From NCBI GenBank assembly GCA_963700145.1, contig OY969474.1, positions 4,640,001 through 4,704,000 on the forward strand: a DNA stretch of 64,000 nt, read 5' to 3'. The notes under the pieces were generated by a model. The model searched no databases and was not told the origin of the DNA. It saw only the letters and a list, made by a program, of their open reading frames with translations. The position numbers and the translations under genes were made by a program. Below are positions 19,506 to 29,674 of the stretch, piece by piece (positions within the stretch are counted from its first letter, which is position 1; every line of letters starts with the position of its first letter). Origin of the DNA: an uncultured Acidobacteriota bacterium (GTDB lineage: Bacteria > Acidobacteriota > Thermoanaerobaculia > Multivoradales > UBA5704).

Positions 19506-21536
19506 ATGCCGAGCAGCGCCTCTCTCGCGGTCAGCCTCGCCCTGCTCGCGGCCCCGCTGGCCGCGGCGCCGCGCCCGGTCACCGTCGCCGACCTGATGGC
19601 GCTGCGCTCCATCCTCGAGGTGCGGATCTCGCCCGACGGCCGGCAGGTGGCCTACGTCGTCTCTACGCCCTCCTTCGAGAAGGCCGAGCACGAGGCGGCG
19701 CTCTGGCTGGTGCCGGCGGCCGGCGGCGCGCCGGTGCGGCTGACCTGGGGCACCCGCATCTTCAACAAGCCGCGCCCCGTGCCGCGCCTGCGCTGGTCGC
19801 CGGACGGCACCCGCCTCTCCTTCCTCGCCTTCGCCGGCGAGCAGCCGCAGGTCTTCGCCCTCGACGTGCGCGGCGGCGAGGCCCGGGCCTTGACCGCCAG
19901 CCCGCAGGGGGTCGGCGACTACGCCTGGTCGCCCGACGGCGCGCACCTCGCCTACCTGGCCCAGGACCCGCCCTCGGCCGAGGAGGAGAAGCGGCGCAAG
20001 GAGAGGTCGTTCGTCGTCGAGGTGGACCGCCAGGACCGCCCGCCGCGGCTCTGGGTGCAGGACCTCGCCGGCGGCGCCGCGCGGGCGCTGAGCCCGCAGG
20101 AGCACTTCGTGGCCGGCCTCGACTGGTCGCCCGACGGCGCCAGCGTCGCCTACGCCGCTTCGCTGCAGCCCGGCTTCGTGGGGCAGTTCCACACCCGGAT
20201 CTACGCCGTCCCCGCCGCCGGCGGCGCGCCGCGCGTCGTCGTCGACCGCGACGGCATGAACACCTCGCCGCAGTGGTCGCCCGACGGCCGCTGGCTCGCC
20301 TTCGTCTCCACCGACGGCCGGCCGGAGATGGTCTCGGCCTGGGGGCTGCACCTGGCGCCGGCCGCGGGCGGCGACCCGCGGCGCATCCGCAACCTGACGC
20401 CCGACGGCTGGGTGGCCGAATTCGCCTGGGCGCCGGACAGCGGCTCGCTCCTCGCCGTGACCGCCATGAGCCCGTCGCAGCGCGGGGCGCGCATGTTCGA
20501 GCAGCCGCTCCTGCGCCTCTGGCTCGACGGGCGCCGCGAGGAGCTGGACCCCGGGCCCTACGTCCACTTCGCGCCGTCGCTCAGCCGCGACGGGCGGCGG
20601 CTCGCCTTCCGGTCGGTCGAGGCGCTCACCATGGGCGACGTCTTCGTCCTCGACCTCGACGCCCGGGGCGGCGGCGGCCGGCCGCGGCGCCTGACCGAGG
20701 TCAACCCGGAGCTCGCGGAGCTGGCGCTGGGGAAGCTCGAGCCGATCCGCTGGACCTCATCCGCCGGCGGCATGGAGATCTGGGGGCTGCTGCTCATGCC
20801 GCCCGGCGCGGCGCCCGGGCGCCGCCTGCCGCTGGTGGTCTACGTCCACGGCGGGCCGATGGGCGGCTTCACCTACGGCGTCTTCCCGCAGTTCATCCAC
20901 GCGGTGGGACAGGTCGAGCCCTACGCGGTGCAGGCGATGGCCAGCGCCGGCATGGCGGTCCTGATGCCGATGCCGCGCGGCGGCGCGGGGTACGGCGAGG
21001 CCGGCTTCCACATGATCAAGAACGCCTGGGGCGAGGACGACTACCGGGACATCCTGAGCGGCGTCGATCACCTGGTGAAGCAGGGGATCGCCGATCCCGA
21101 CCGCCTGGGCGTCATGGGCGCCTCCTACGGCGGCTACATGACCAACTGGATCGTCACCCAGACCGACCGCTTCAAGGCGGCCTCGGCGATGTGCGGCATC
21201 AGCGACATCACCGACCTCTACTACCTCTCGGACGCCGGCGAGGTCACGCGCGAGTACTTCGGCCTGCCCTGGGAGGCGCCGGCGGCCTACGCCGAGCACT
21301 CGGCCCTGACCTACGTCTCCCGGGTGACGACGCCGCTCCTCATCCAGCACGGCGAGAACGACCGCCGCGTGCCGATCGCCGGCAGCACCAAGCTTTACCG
21401 GGCGCTCCGCGACCAGGGGAAGGTCGTCGAGATGGAGATCTACCCGCGCGGCGGGCACGTCATCTACGAGCCCGCGCTCGAGCAGGAGATCATGCGCCGC
21501 AACCTCGAATGGTTTCGGAGGTGGCTGAAGCCCTGA
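19506..21536 (+). CDS. S9 family prolyl oligopeptidase / acylaminoacyl peptidase
   Basis: WSPDG (PD40) repeats, HGGP, GASYGG, HGENDRRV, GGH. Confidence 0.92.
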   Translation: MPSSASLAVSLALLAAPLAAAPRPVTVADLMALRSILEVRISPDGRQVAYVVSTPSFEKAEHEAALWLVPAAGGAPVRLTWGTRIFNKPRPVPRLRWSPDGTRLSFLAFAGEQPQVFALDVRGGEARALTASPQGVGDYAWSPDGAHLAYLAQDPPSAEEEKRRKERSFVVEVDRQDRPPRLWVQDLAGGAARALSPQEHFVAGLDWSPDGASVAYAASLQPGFVGQFHTRIYAVPAAGGAPRVVVDRDGMNTSPQWSPDGRWLAFVSTDGRPEMVSAWGLHLAPAAGGDPRRIRNLTPDGWVAEFAWAPDSGSLLAVTAMSPSQRGARMFEQPLLRLWLDGRREELDPGPYVHFAPSLSRDGRRLAFRSVEALTMGDVFVLDLDARGGGGRPRRLTEVNPELAELALGKLEPIRWTSSAGGMEIWGLLLMPPGAAPGRRLPLVVYVHGGPMGGFTYGVFPQFIHAVGQVEPYAVQAMASAGMAVLMPMPRGGAGYGEAGFHMIKNAWGEDDYRDILSGVDHLVKQGIADPDRLGVMGASYGGYMTNWIVTQTDRFKAASAMCGISDITDLYYLSDAGEVTREYFGLPWEAPAAYAEHSALTYVSRVTTPLLIQHGENDRRVPIAGSTKLYRALRDQGKVVEMEIYPRGGHVIYEPALEQEIMRRNLEWFRRWLKP

Positions 21537-21539
21537 GGC

Positions 21540-22325
21540 TCAGGGCAGGCCGCGGACGTAGCCGCCGTCGACCGGGATCGCCTGGCCGGTGACGAAGGAA
21601 GCCGCCGGGGAGCAGAGGAAGGCGACCACTTCGCCGATCTCCTCCGGCTCGCCGAGGCGGCCGATCGGGGCGCTGGCCGCCCAGGCGGCGATGAGCTCCT
21701 CGGCGGGGCGGCCGGTGCGTTGCGAGGTGGCCGCCGCCAGCTCCTGCTGGCGCTCGGTGCGGGTGTGGCCGGGGAGGACGGCGTTGACCGTCACCCCCTC
21801 CGCCGCCACTTCCTGCGACAACGTCTTGAGGTAGCCGAGGACCGCCGGGCGGAGGGCGTTCGAGAGGGCGAGGTTGGGGATCGGCTGGCGCGCCGAGACC
21901 GAGTTGATCGCCACGATGCGGCCCCAGCGCCGGGCGCGCATGCCGGGCAAGACGAGGTTGCAGAGGCGCGGCACGAAAAGGAGGGTGAGCGGGATGGCCG
22001 CCTGCCAGTCCTCGTCGGTCAGCTCGAGCGCCGGCTTCGCCGTCGGCCCGCCGCCGTTGGCGACCAGGACGTCCACCCCGCCGGCGGCGCGCTCGGCCTC
22101 GGCGACGAGGCGCGCCAGCGCCTCGGGGTCGCGAACGTCGGCGGGGACGGCGAAGACCTCGCCACCCTCGCCGGCCAGCTCCTCCCGCGCCCGCTCCAGG
22201 TGCTCCCCGCCGCGGCTGGCGACCACCAGCCGCGCCCCCCGCCGCGCCAGCGCCCGCGCGCAAGCGAACCCCAGCCCGCGCGAGGCCCCGGTCACCAGCG
22301 CCGTCTTGCCGGTGAGGTCGGTCAG
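21540..22325 (-). CDS. SDR family oxidoreductase (start uncertain: CTG 22325 or GTG 22295)
   Basis: [39 protein letters not shown]. Confidence 0.88.
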   Translation of the reverse strand: MTDLTGKTALVTGASRGLGFACARALARRGARLVVASRGGEHLERAREELAGEGGEVFAVPADVRDPEALARLVAEAERAAGGVDVLVANGGGPTAKPALELTDEDWQAAIPLTLLFVPRLCNLVLPGMRARRWGRIVAINSVSARQPIPNLALSNALRPAVLGYLKTLSQEVAAEGVTVNAVLPGHTRTERQQELAAATSQRTGRPAEELIAAWAASAPIGRLGEPEEIGEVVAFLCSPAASFVTGQAIPVDGGYVRGLP

Positions 22326-22444
22326 GGCAGGAGCTTCCGCCGCAGGTCCTCCCTTTTGGCGCGCCGGTCATGCCATGTGACGAAGACCGTGAACAGGAGG
22401 GCAGACAGCGCGACCCCGCCGAGCATGAAGTAAAGGGGTTCCAT
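22322..22444 (-). CDS. 40-aa single-TM small protein (not in the ORF track)
   Basis: [40 protein letters not shown]; TGATG coupling to the upstream small gene. Confidence 0.6.
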   Translation of the reverse strand: MEPLYFMLGGVALSALLFTVFVTWHDRRAKREDLRRKLLP

Positions 22445-22680
22445 CAGCTTGCTCCTTCCGCAGAGTACAGCAACCAGGCTGCCATACCGAAAAGGGCCAA
22501 CCAGATTGCGAAGCCCACTAGGGCGAGCCGCCAGTCGAAGCCGCCGGCGCCGAAGAACTGCGCCACCACCAGGCCGCCCAGGACCAGGTTGCCCGTGTCC
22601 ATGAGCTTCTCGGCCAGCGGCGGGCGCAGCGTGTTGAACGAGCCGCGGCGGCCCCCATTTTCACCCGATCCTCTCTCCAT
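22444..22680 (-). CDS. Small two-TM membrane protein (start uncertain)
   Basis: LAEKLMDTGNLVLGGLVVAQFF...FDWRLALVGFAIWLALFGMAAWLL. Confidence 0.6.
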   Translation of the reverse strand: MERGSGENGGRRGSFNTLRPPLAEKLMDTGNLVLGGLVVAQFFGAGGFDWRLALVGFAIWLALFGMAAWLLYSAEGAS

Positions 22681-23539
22681 GCTCGTTATAGACGTAAACG
22701 CCGCGTCCAACTTTGCGCCCCAGCCGCCCGGCGCGGACGTGCTGGACGAGGAGGTTGCTCGGGCGGTAGGCCTCGCCGAGGGTCTTGTGCAGGAACTCCA
22801 GGATCGAAAGGCGCACGTCGAGGCCGACGAGGTCCACCATCTCGAACGGGCCCATCGGGTGGTTCAAGCCGAGCTTGAGCGCCTTGTCGATGTCCTCGGC
22901 GCTCGCCACCCCCTCCTGCAGCATGCGGAAGGCTTCGTTGCCGATCAGGGCGTTGATGCGCGAGGTCACGAACCCCGGCGCCTCGTTGACCAGCACGACC
23001 TCCTTGCCCATCCGCTCGCCGACGGCGCGCATGGCCGCGAGCGTCTCCTCCGAGGTCTGGAGCCCGCGCACCAGCTCGATCAGCCGCATCAAGTGCACCG
23101 GGTTGAAGAAGTGCATGCCGGCGAAGCGCTCGGGGCGGCCGGAGGCGGCGGCCATCTCCGTCACCGACAGGGCTGAGGTGTTGGTGGCGAAGAGCGCCTC
23201 CGCCGGCGCGTGCCGCGCCACCTCGCGGAAGGTCTCGACCTTGAGCGCGATGTCCTCGGGCACGGCCTCGATGACCAGGTCCGCGCCGGTCACCGCCTCG
23301 CCGAGGTCGGTGTGGGTCGAGATCGCCCCCCTCGCCCGCTCGGCGACGTCGGCGTCGAGCTTCTTCAGCTCCACCCCCTTCGCCAGGTTCTTCTCGATCG
23401 ACGCCCGCGCCTTCTCCAGCACGGCCTCGGCGACGTCGAAGAGCCGCGTCCCGTACCCCGCCACCGCCGCCACGTGCGCGATCCCGCGCCCCATGGTGCC
23501 CGCCCCCAGCGCCGCGACGGTGCGGATCTCCGGGTTCAT
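22661..23539 (-). CDS. 3-hydroxyacyl-CoA (3-hydroxybutyryl-CoA) dehydrogenase
   Basis: GAGTMGRGIA, IEAVPE, NTSALS, GMHFFNP, HPMGP. Confidence 0.93.
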   Translation of the reverse strand: MNPEIRTVAALGAGTMGRGIAHVAAVAGYGTRLFDVAEAVLEKARASIEKNLAKGVELKKLDADVAERARGAISTHTDLGEAVTGADLVIEAVPEDIALKVETFREVARHAPAEALFATNTSALSVTEMAAASGRPERFAGMHFFNPVHLMRLIELVRGLQTSEETLAAMRAVGERMGKEVVLVNEAPGFVTSRINALIGNEAFRMLQEGVASAEDIDKALKLGLNHPMGPFEMVDLVGLDVRLSILEFLHKTLGEAYRPSNLLVQHVRAGRLGRKVGRGVYVYNEHGERIG

Positions 23540-23547
23540 TTCTTCCT

Positions 23548-24207
23548 CTAGGAAACGGGCAGGTTGTGCAGGCCGGTGGCCTTGGCCGAGAGGTTGCGCA
23601 GCTCGTCGGCGATCGCCAGGGTGTTGCGCACCGCCGCGGCCGCCAGCTCCTGCAGCTCGGGGGTGGTGGCGTACTTCTCGACGATCTCGCGGCCGAGCAG
23701 GTGGTGGTGGTACTCCTCGGGCTGGATCACCTCGTCGTAGAGGCGCGCCGTCTCGCGGTCGCCGACCGACTCGCAGAAGCGGACGAACTGCTGGTTGCGG
23801 ACGTGGGCGATCGCCTCGCTGGCGAAGGGCCCGGCGGCGATCCGCTCGACGGTGGTCCGCAGGCCGCGCTGGTACTGGTAGAGCGGGCTGTGGCCGTCGG
23901 CCAGCGGGTCGAAGCCGGCGAGGTGCTCGCCCAGCTCGGCCAGGCGCTGGCTGATCAGGCCGTAGTGGCGCATCTCGTCGCCGCACTGCTGCGCCAAGAC
24001 CACCTTGGCGTCCAGCTCGGCGGTCGAGGGGAGCCAGAAGGCGGCCAGCTCGCTCGCCTCGAGCTCGCTCTTGAGCGCCAGCTTGAGGAGCGTCACGACG
24101 TCGATCGGGCCGCCCGACTCCGACTCCAGCGCCTCGGTCTCGCCGAGACGGGCGAAGAGCGTCTGCATCTCCTCGACCAGGCTGGTGACGAACTCCTTGC
24201 CGTCCAC
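23548..24207 (-). CDS. Ferritin-like di-iron domain protein
   Basis: ELEASE, DEMRHY, EAIA, EEYHH carboxylate/His pattern. Confidence 0.75.
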   Translation of the reverse strand: MDGKEFVTSLVEEMQTLFARLGETEALESESGGPIDVVTLLKLALKSELEASELAAFWLPSTAELDAKVVLAQQCGDEMRHYGLISQRLAELGEHLAGFDPLADGHSPLYQYQRGLRTTVERIAAGPFASEAIAHVRNQQFVRFCESVGDRETARLYDEVIQPEEYHHHLLGREIVEKYATTPELQELAAAAVRNTLAIADELRNLSAKATGLHNLPVS

Positions 24208-24216
24208 GGGGCGAGC

Positions 24217-24837
24217 CTACTCCAAACTCCGCAGCACCGCCCGCACCGGCGAGGCGTCCATGCCGGCGAGCTTGAGCGGCAGGGCGATCAGCTCGTAGAC
24301 CCCCTCGGGCACGCCGTCGAGCACCAGCCCCTCGAGGATGGCGACGCCGCCGCGCACCAGGGCGTGGTGCGCCGGCAGCTCCGTGCTGCCGAAGGGATCG
24401 ACCGACGGCGTGTCGAGGCCGACCAGGAGCACGCCGTGCGCAGCGAGGAGCGCCGCCAGCTCGGGCGACAGCGCGGTGAAGCGCTCGGGGAAGGCGCGGC
24501 GGTCGCGCACGCTCTCTGTGCGTAAAAGCAGGCGGCCGGGGACGGCGAGGTCGATCCCGGCGAGGTGCCGCGGCTCGACCAGCGGCGGCGCCGGCACCTT
24601 GACCACCCGGCAGGCGCCGAGGAAGGGCTCGAGCGGCAGCGCGTCGATCGCGGCGCCGCCCGCTGCGACGTGGCAGGGCGCGTCGACGTGCGCGCCGAGG
24701 TGCAGCGTTGTCGTCACCGTCGCCACGCTCGCCGGATCGCCGGCCGCGAGCGAGGCGGCCGGCCGCGCCGAAAAGTGCTCGTCGCCCGGCCACACCGGCG
24801 TCTCCGGGCGGACGGTGGGGGAGATGTCGTAGAGCAC
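24217..24837 (-). CDS. Cyclase family protein / kynurenine formamidase-like
   Basis: HLGAHVDAPCH, GLDTPSVD, ILEGL, DASPVRAVL. Confidence 0.88.
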   Translation of the reverse strand: MLYDISPTVRPETPVWPGDEHFSARPAASLAAGDPASVATVTTTLHLGAHVDAPCHVAAGGAAIDALPLEPFLGACRVVKVPAPPLVEPRHLAGIDLAVPGRLLLRTESVRDRRAFPERFTALSPELAALLAAHGVLLVGLDTPSVDPFGSTELPAHHALVRGGVAILEGLVLDGVPEGVYELIALPLKLAGMDASPVRAVLRSLE

Positions 24838-24874
24838 GAGGGGGGCCTCCTGGCGTGGATCATAGGCGCGGGGG

Positions 24875-26749
24875 TTGCACTTGCCCGCCGCCGTGGCCTC
24901 CTACCCGCCGATCGGCGACTACGCCCTGCTGGGCGACTGCCGGAGCGCCGCGCTGGTCTCGCGCGGCGGGTCGCTCGACTGGCTCTGCCTGCCGCGCTTC
25001 GACGGGCCGTCGGTCTTCGGCGCCCTCCTCGACGCCGAGCGCGGCGGGCGCTTCGCGGTCGGCCCGGCGGTGCCGGCGCAAGCCCGCCGCCGCTACCTCC
25101 CGAACAGCAACGTCCTCGAGACCACCTTCGAGGGGGCCGGCGGCGTCCTCCGCCTGACCGACGCGATGACCGTCGCCGCCGAGGCGGACAAGCGGCGCGA
25201 GCTGCTGCCCGAGCACGAGGTGCTGCGCGCCGTCGAGTGCCTGGAGGGGGAGGTGGAGGTCGCGGTGGTCTTCGACCCGCGCCCCGACTACGGCCGACGC
25301 GTGCCGGAGATCCGCGCCGGCCGGCCGGGCGAGTTCTACGTCGGCGACGCGCGCGACGTCCTCGTGCTGCGCAGCGAGATCGACCTCGCCGCCGCCCCCG
25401 GGCGCCCCGGCTTGTCCGGCCGCGCGCGCCTCCGCGCCGGCGAGCGGCGGCTCCTCTCGCTCGCCGCCGACCGCGGCGACCCGGCGGTGCTGCCGCCGCT
25501 CGGCGACGCCGCCCTGGCCCGCCTCGACCGCACTCGCCGCTGGTGGGAGGCGTGGGCCGGGCGCTGCCGCTACGAGGGGCCGCAGGCGGCGGCGGTGGTG
25601 CGCAGCGCCCTCGCCCTGCGGCTGCTGCTCTACGCCCCCTCGGGGGCCTTCGTCGCCGCGCCGACCACCTCGCTCCCCGAGTCGCCGGGCGGCATCCGCA
25701 ACTGGGACTACCGCTACTGCTGGCTGCGCGACGCCTCCTGGACGCTCGAAGCGCTCCTCGACCTCGGGTACGAGGAGGAGGCCACGGCCTTCTTCTCCTG
25801 GCTCCTCCACGCCACCCACTGCCACCGCCGCGGGCTGCGCGTCGTCTACGACCTGCACGGCGAGGAGGCGCCGGACGAGCGCGAGCTGGCGCACCTCGCG
25901 GGCTACGGCGGGGCGCGGCCGGTGCGGGTAGGCAACGGCGCCAAGCAGCAGCTGCAGCTCGATATCTTCGGCGAGGTGGTGGACACGGCCTACCAGTTCG
26001 TCGCCCGCGGCGGCACGCTCGACGGCGCCCAGGGGCGGCTCCTCGCCGCGATGGGGGAGGCGGTCTGCCGCCTCTGGCGCGAGCCCGACCAGGGCCTCTG
26101 GGAGCAGCGCGCCGGCGCCCGCCACCACACCTTCTCGAAAGCGATGTGCTGGGTGGCGCTCGACCGGCTGGTCAAGCTCGCCGAGCGCGGGCTGGTGCGC
26201 CTGCCGGCCGCAGGCTTCCGGCGCCAGCGCGACGCGATCCGCGCCGTGGTCGAGAGCCGCGGCTGGAGCGAGCGGCTCGGCAGCTACGTCGACGAGCTGG
26301 ACGGCGAGGAGCTGGACGCGACGCTGCTCCTCCTTGGCGTCTACGGCTTCGAGGCGGCCGGCTCGCCGCGCATGCGCGCGACGCTGGCGCGGGTGCAGGA
26401 GCGGCTCGGGGCAGGTGACAGCGGGCTCCTCTACCGCTACCCGATGGGGCGCGACGGCCTGCCGCCGCACGAGGGGGCCTTCGGCGTCTGCGGCTTCTGG
26501 GCGGTCGAGCTGCTGGCGCGGGCCGGCGACACGGCGGCGGCGGCGGAGCGGCTCGCGCGGCTGGTCGGCTACGCCAACGACGTCGGGCTCTTCGCCGAGG
26601 AGATCGACCCCGCGACCGGCGCCGCGCTCGGCAACTTCCCGCAGGCCTTCACCCACCTGGGGCTGATCAACGCCGCGCTGGTCCTGGCCGAGTGCCTGGG
26701 GCAGGCGGCGGCGCCGGCGCGGCCGCGCAAGGCGGCGGCGCGGCTGTGA
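24875..26749 (+). CDS. Glycoside hydrolase family 15 (trehalase/glucoamylase-like)
   Basis: IGDYALLGDCRSAAL, AAPTTSLPE, RNWDYRYCWLRDA, GNFPQAFTH. Confidence 0.93.
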   Translation: MHLPAAVASYPPIGDYALLGDCRSAALVSRGGSLDWLCLPRFDGPSVFGALLDAERGGRFAVGPAVPAQARRRYLPNSNVLETTFEGAGGVLRLTDAMTVAAEADKRRELLPEHEVLRAVECLEGEVEVAVVFDPRPDYGRRVPEIRAGRPGEFYVGDARDVLVLRSEIDLAAAPGRPGLSGRARLRAGERRLLSLAADRGDPAVLPPLGDAALARLDRTRRWWEAWAGRCRYEGPQAAAVVRSALALRLLLYAPSGAFVAAPTTSLPESPGGIRNWDYRYCWLRDASWTLEALLDLGYEEEATAFFSWLLHATHCHRRGLRVVYDLHGEEAPDERELAHLAGYGGARPVRVGNGAKQQLQLDIFGEVVDTAYQFVARGGTLDGAQGRLLAAMGEAVCRLWREPDQGLWEQRAGARHHTFSKAMCWVALDRLVKLAERGLVRLPAAGFRRQRDAIRAVVESRGWSERLGSYVDELDGEELDATLLLLGVYGFEAAGSPRMRATLARVQERLGAGDSGLLYRYPMGRDGLPPHEGAFGVCGFWAVELLARAGDTAAAAERLARLVGYANDVGLFAEEIDPATGAALGNFPQAFTHLGLINAALVLAECLGQAAAPARPRKAAARL

Positions 26750-27243
26750 GCGGCGGCTGGGCGATCGACTGGCCGAGCATCCTCCTCTGGGGGTTTTTCT
26801 CGACCGTCGTGCTGACGACGACGATGGCGGCGAGCCAGGGGCTGGGGCTGTCGCGGATGGGGATCCCGTTCCTGCTCGGCACGATGCTGACGCCCGACCG
26901 CAAGCGGGCCAACCTCGTCGGCTTTGCCCTCCACTTCGCCAACGGCTGGCTCTTCGCGGTCCTCTACGCCCTCGCCTTCGAGGCCTGGGGGCGGGCGACC
27001 TGGTGGCTGGGGGCGGCGCTGGGCCTGGTGCACGGCTTCGCGGTCCTGGCGGCGCTGATGCCGTTGCTGCCGAGCCTCCACCCGCGGATGGCCTCGGAGG
27101 ACCACGGCCCCGCCCCCACGCCCCAGCTCGAGCCCCCGGGCTTCCTCGCCCTCCACTACGGCCGCGGCACGCCGGCGACGACGCTTCTGGCCCACCTCCT
27201 CTACGGGGCGATCCTGGGCGGCTTCTACACGCTCTCGCGGTAA
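26746..27243 (+). CDS. Membrane protein coupled to the GH15 gene
   Basis: GTGA overlap; about four hydrophobic helices; HPRM, AHLLYG. Confidence 0.75.
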   Translation: MSGGWAIDWPSILLWGFFSTVVLTTTMAASQGLGLSRMGIPFLLGTMLTPDRKRANLVGFALHFANGWLFAVLYALAFEAWGRATWWLGAALGLVHGFAVLAALMPLLPSLHPRMASEDHGPAPTPQLEPPGFLALHYGRGTPATTLLAHLLYGAILGGFYTLSR

Positions 27244-27264
27244 GATCGCCGGCCGAGGCCAACC

Positions 27265-27894
27265 ATGCCCAGCAACCACGAGCTCCTCCTCCACGACCCT
27301 CCAGTCGACCTCGCCGACCTCGGCGAGCGGGACCAGGAGAAGATCGCCCGCATCGGCCACCACGTGCGGGGGATCCTGACGGCGCTCGGCCTCGACCTCG
27401 CCGACCCGAACCTGGCCGAGACCGACCGGCGGGTCGCCAAGATGTACCTCGAGATGTTCCACGGCCTCGAGGAGGGGGCCGAGCCCAAGGTCACCTGCTT
27501 CCCCAACGACGAGTCCTACAGCCACATGGTGATGGAGAAGCAGATCCCCTTCTACTCCATGTGCGCCCACCACCTGGTGCCCTTCTACGGCCACGCCCAC
27601 ATCGCCTACATCCCGCGCGACCGCATCCTCGGCCTCTCGAAGTTCGCGCGCATCCTCGAGTTCTACGCCAAGCGGCCGCAGCTCCAGGAGCGGCTCACCG
27701 AGCAGGTGGTGACCTACTTCGAGGAGAAGCTGCAGCCGCAGGGGGCGATGGTGGTCATCGAGGCGCGCCACCTCTGCGTCGAGATGCGCGGCGTCAAGAA
27801 GCCCGGCGCGCTGACCGTCACCTCCGCCATCCGCGGCATCTTCCACGAGAGGTCGGCGCGTGAAGAGTTCCTCGATCTGCTGCGCCGGCCGTAG
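27265..27894 (+). CDS. folE: GTP cyclohydrolase I
   Basis: SMCAHHLVPFYG, GLSK, RPQLQERLT, HLCVEMRGV. Confidence 0.96.
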   Translation: MPSNHELLLHDPPVDLADLGERDQEKIARIGHHVRGILTALGLDLADPNLAETDRRVAKMYLEMFHGLEEGAEPKVTCFPNDESYSHMVMEKQIPFYSMCAHHLVPFYGHAHIAYIPRDRILGLSKFARILEFYAKRPQLQERLTEQVVTYFEEKLQPQGAMVVIEARHLCVEMRGVKKPGALTVTSAIRGIFHERSAREEFLDLLRRP

Positions 27895-28486
27895 CCTCGC
27901 CCGCGCCGCGCTGCTGGCCGCCCTCGTCGCCGCGGGCGCCTGCGCCGGCGGCACGACGCCGCGCACGATCGAAGACCTCACCAACCCCTACCTCGGGCCC
28001 GAGCACTCGCAGTGGCTGATCGGCGCCGTGTCGCGCCTCGCCAGCCCCGAGGAGGTCCAGGGGTACCTGGCGCTGCGCGACGGCGCCGCGGCGGAGGCCT
28101 TCATCCGCGACTTCTGGACGCGGCGCGACGCGACCCCCGCCGCCCCGGGCAACCCGCTGCGCGAGACCTTCGAGGCCCGCTCCGCCGACGCCGACCGCCT
28201 CTACAGCGAGGCCGGCGTGGTCGGGCGGCGGACGGCGCGCGGCACCGTCCACATCCTCTACGGGCGGCCGTCCAACATCGACTTCGAGGTGTCGCCGAGC
28301 CCCGGCGAGGGGCCGATCGAGCTCTGGCTCTACGCCGAGGGGAGCCCGGCCGGGCTCGACGCGCGCACCCCGGCGCGCTTCTACCGCTTCATCCGCCGCG
28401 GCGACCTGACCGTCCCCTACACGCCGCGCGAGCGGGACCCGCGCTTCCCGCGTGACGCGACGCGGCCGCCGTCGCCGCCGCGCTGA
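27860..28486 (+). CDS. GWxTD-domain-like lipoprotein
   Basis: AAGAC lipobox-like, FIRDFWTRRD.TP...N, RGTVHILYGRP, ELWLY. Confidence 0.7.
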   Translation: MKSSSICCAGRSLARAALLAALVAAGACAGGTTPRTIEDLTNPYLGPEHSQWLIGAVSRLASPEEVQGYLALRDGAAAEAFIRDFWTRRDATPAAPGNPLRETFEARSADADRLYSEAGVVGRRTARGTVHILYGRPSNIDFEVSPSPGEGPIELWLYAEGSPAGLDARTPARFYRFIRRGDLTVPYTPRERDPRFPRDATRPPSPPR

Positions 28487-28514
28487 GCCCGGCGCGAGGA
28501 GCCACCGGCCGATC

Positions 28515-29585
28515 ATGAGCGAGCTGCGCGCGCTGCTGGCCGGGACCGGCGTCGCCGTGCCGCCGCGGCAGGTGGACAACCACATGCTGGCGCGGATCCT
28601 CGACACCAACGACGCGTGGATCCGCGAGCGCAGCGGCGTCGTCACCCGCCACTACGTCGAGCCCGGCATCGCCTCCTCGGACCTGGGGACGGAGGCGGCG
28701 CGCGCCGCCCTCGCCGACGCCGGGGTCGCGCCGGAGGAGCTCGACTACATCGTCTGCGCCACCGCGACCCCCGACCACTACCTGCCGGGGATCGGCACGA
28801 TGGTGCAGCAGAAGCTCGGGATCGGCGCCGTGCCGTCGCTCGACATCCGCCAGCAGTGCGCCGGTTTCGCCTACGGCCTGCAGGTGGTGGACGCCCTGGT
28901 GCGCAGCGGCATCGCGAAGACCGTGCTCCTCGTCGGGGTGGACATCCACACCTCGCTCATGCCCTTCTCCAAGCGCACCTGGGAGGTGCTCTACGACCCC
29001 GCCGCCGGGCCGCTCGAGGAGGCGGAGCGCGAGTGGAACACCCGCTACCGCTACATCGTGGTGCTCTTCGGCGACGCCGCCGGCGCGATGGTCTTCCGCG
29101 CCGGGCGCGAGGACGGGCGCGGCATCCTGCGCTCCGCCCTCTGGGGCGACGGCAACCACAAGGAGATCCTCTACACCCCCGGCGGCGGCTCGGTCTTCCG
29201 CCCCTGGGTGGACCACGAGCAGATCGCGCGCGGCGACCTGGTGCCGGTGATGGACGGCCGGCAGGTCTTCCGCCTGGCGGTGACGCGCATGCCCGAGGCG
29301 GTGCGCCAGCTCCTGGCGCAGGAGGGGGCGGCGGTCGAGGACCTCGACCTGGTGGTGATGCACCAGGCCAACCTGCGGATCAACGAAGCGGCGCAGAAGG
29401 CGCTCGGTCTGCCCGACGAGAAGGTCTGGAACAACATCCAGCGCTACGGCAACACCACCTCCGCCACCATCCCCCTCGCCTTCCACGAGGCGCGCCAGGC
29501 CGGCAAGGCCCCGGAAGGCGCCCTCGTCGCCTTCGCCGCCCTGGGCGCCGGCCTCCACTGGGGGGCGGTGCTGATGCGGGCGTAG
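28515..29585 (+). CDS. Ketoacyl-ACP synthase III (FabH-like)
   Basis: QQCAGF, LFGDAAGA, HQANLRI, YGNT, GAGLHWG. Confidence 0.92.
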   Translation: MSELRALLAGTGVAVPPRQVDNHMLARILDTNDAWIRERSGVVTRHYVEPGIASSDLGTEAARAALADAGVAPEELDYIVCATATPDHYLPGIGTMVQQKLGIGAVPSLDIRQQCAGFAYGLQVVDALVRSGIAKTVLLVGVDIHTSLMPFSKRTWEVLYDPAAGPLEEAEREWNTRYRYIVVLFGDAAGAMVFRAGREDGRGILRSALWGDGNHKEILYTPGGGSVFRPWVDHEQIARGDLVPVMDGRQVFRLAVTRMPEAVRQLLAQEGAAVEDLDLVVMHQANLRINEAAQKALGLPDEKVWNNIQRYGNTTSATIPLAFHEARQAGKAPEGALVAFAALGAGLHWGAVLMRA

Positions 29586-29674
29586 CTCAGCGCCCGGCTA
29601 CTCGACGATGCCGGCCCGCAGGGTGCCGCCGTCCAGGTGGCCGGCTCGACGTCCTCGGCGGAGTACGAAAAGCC

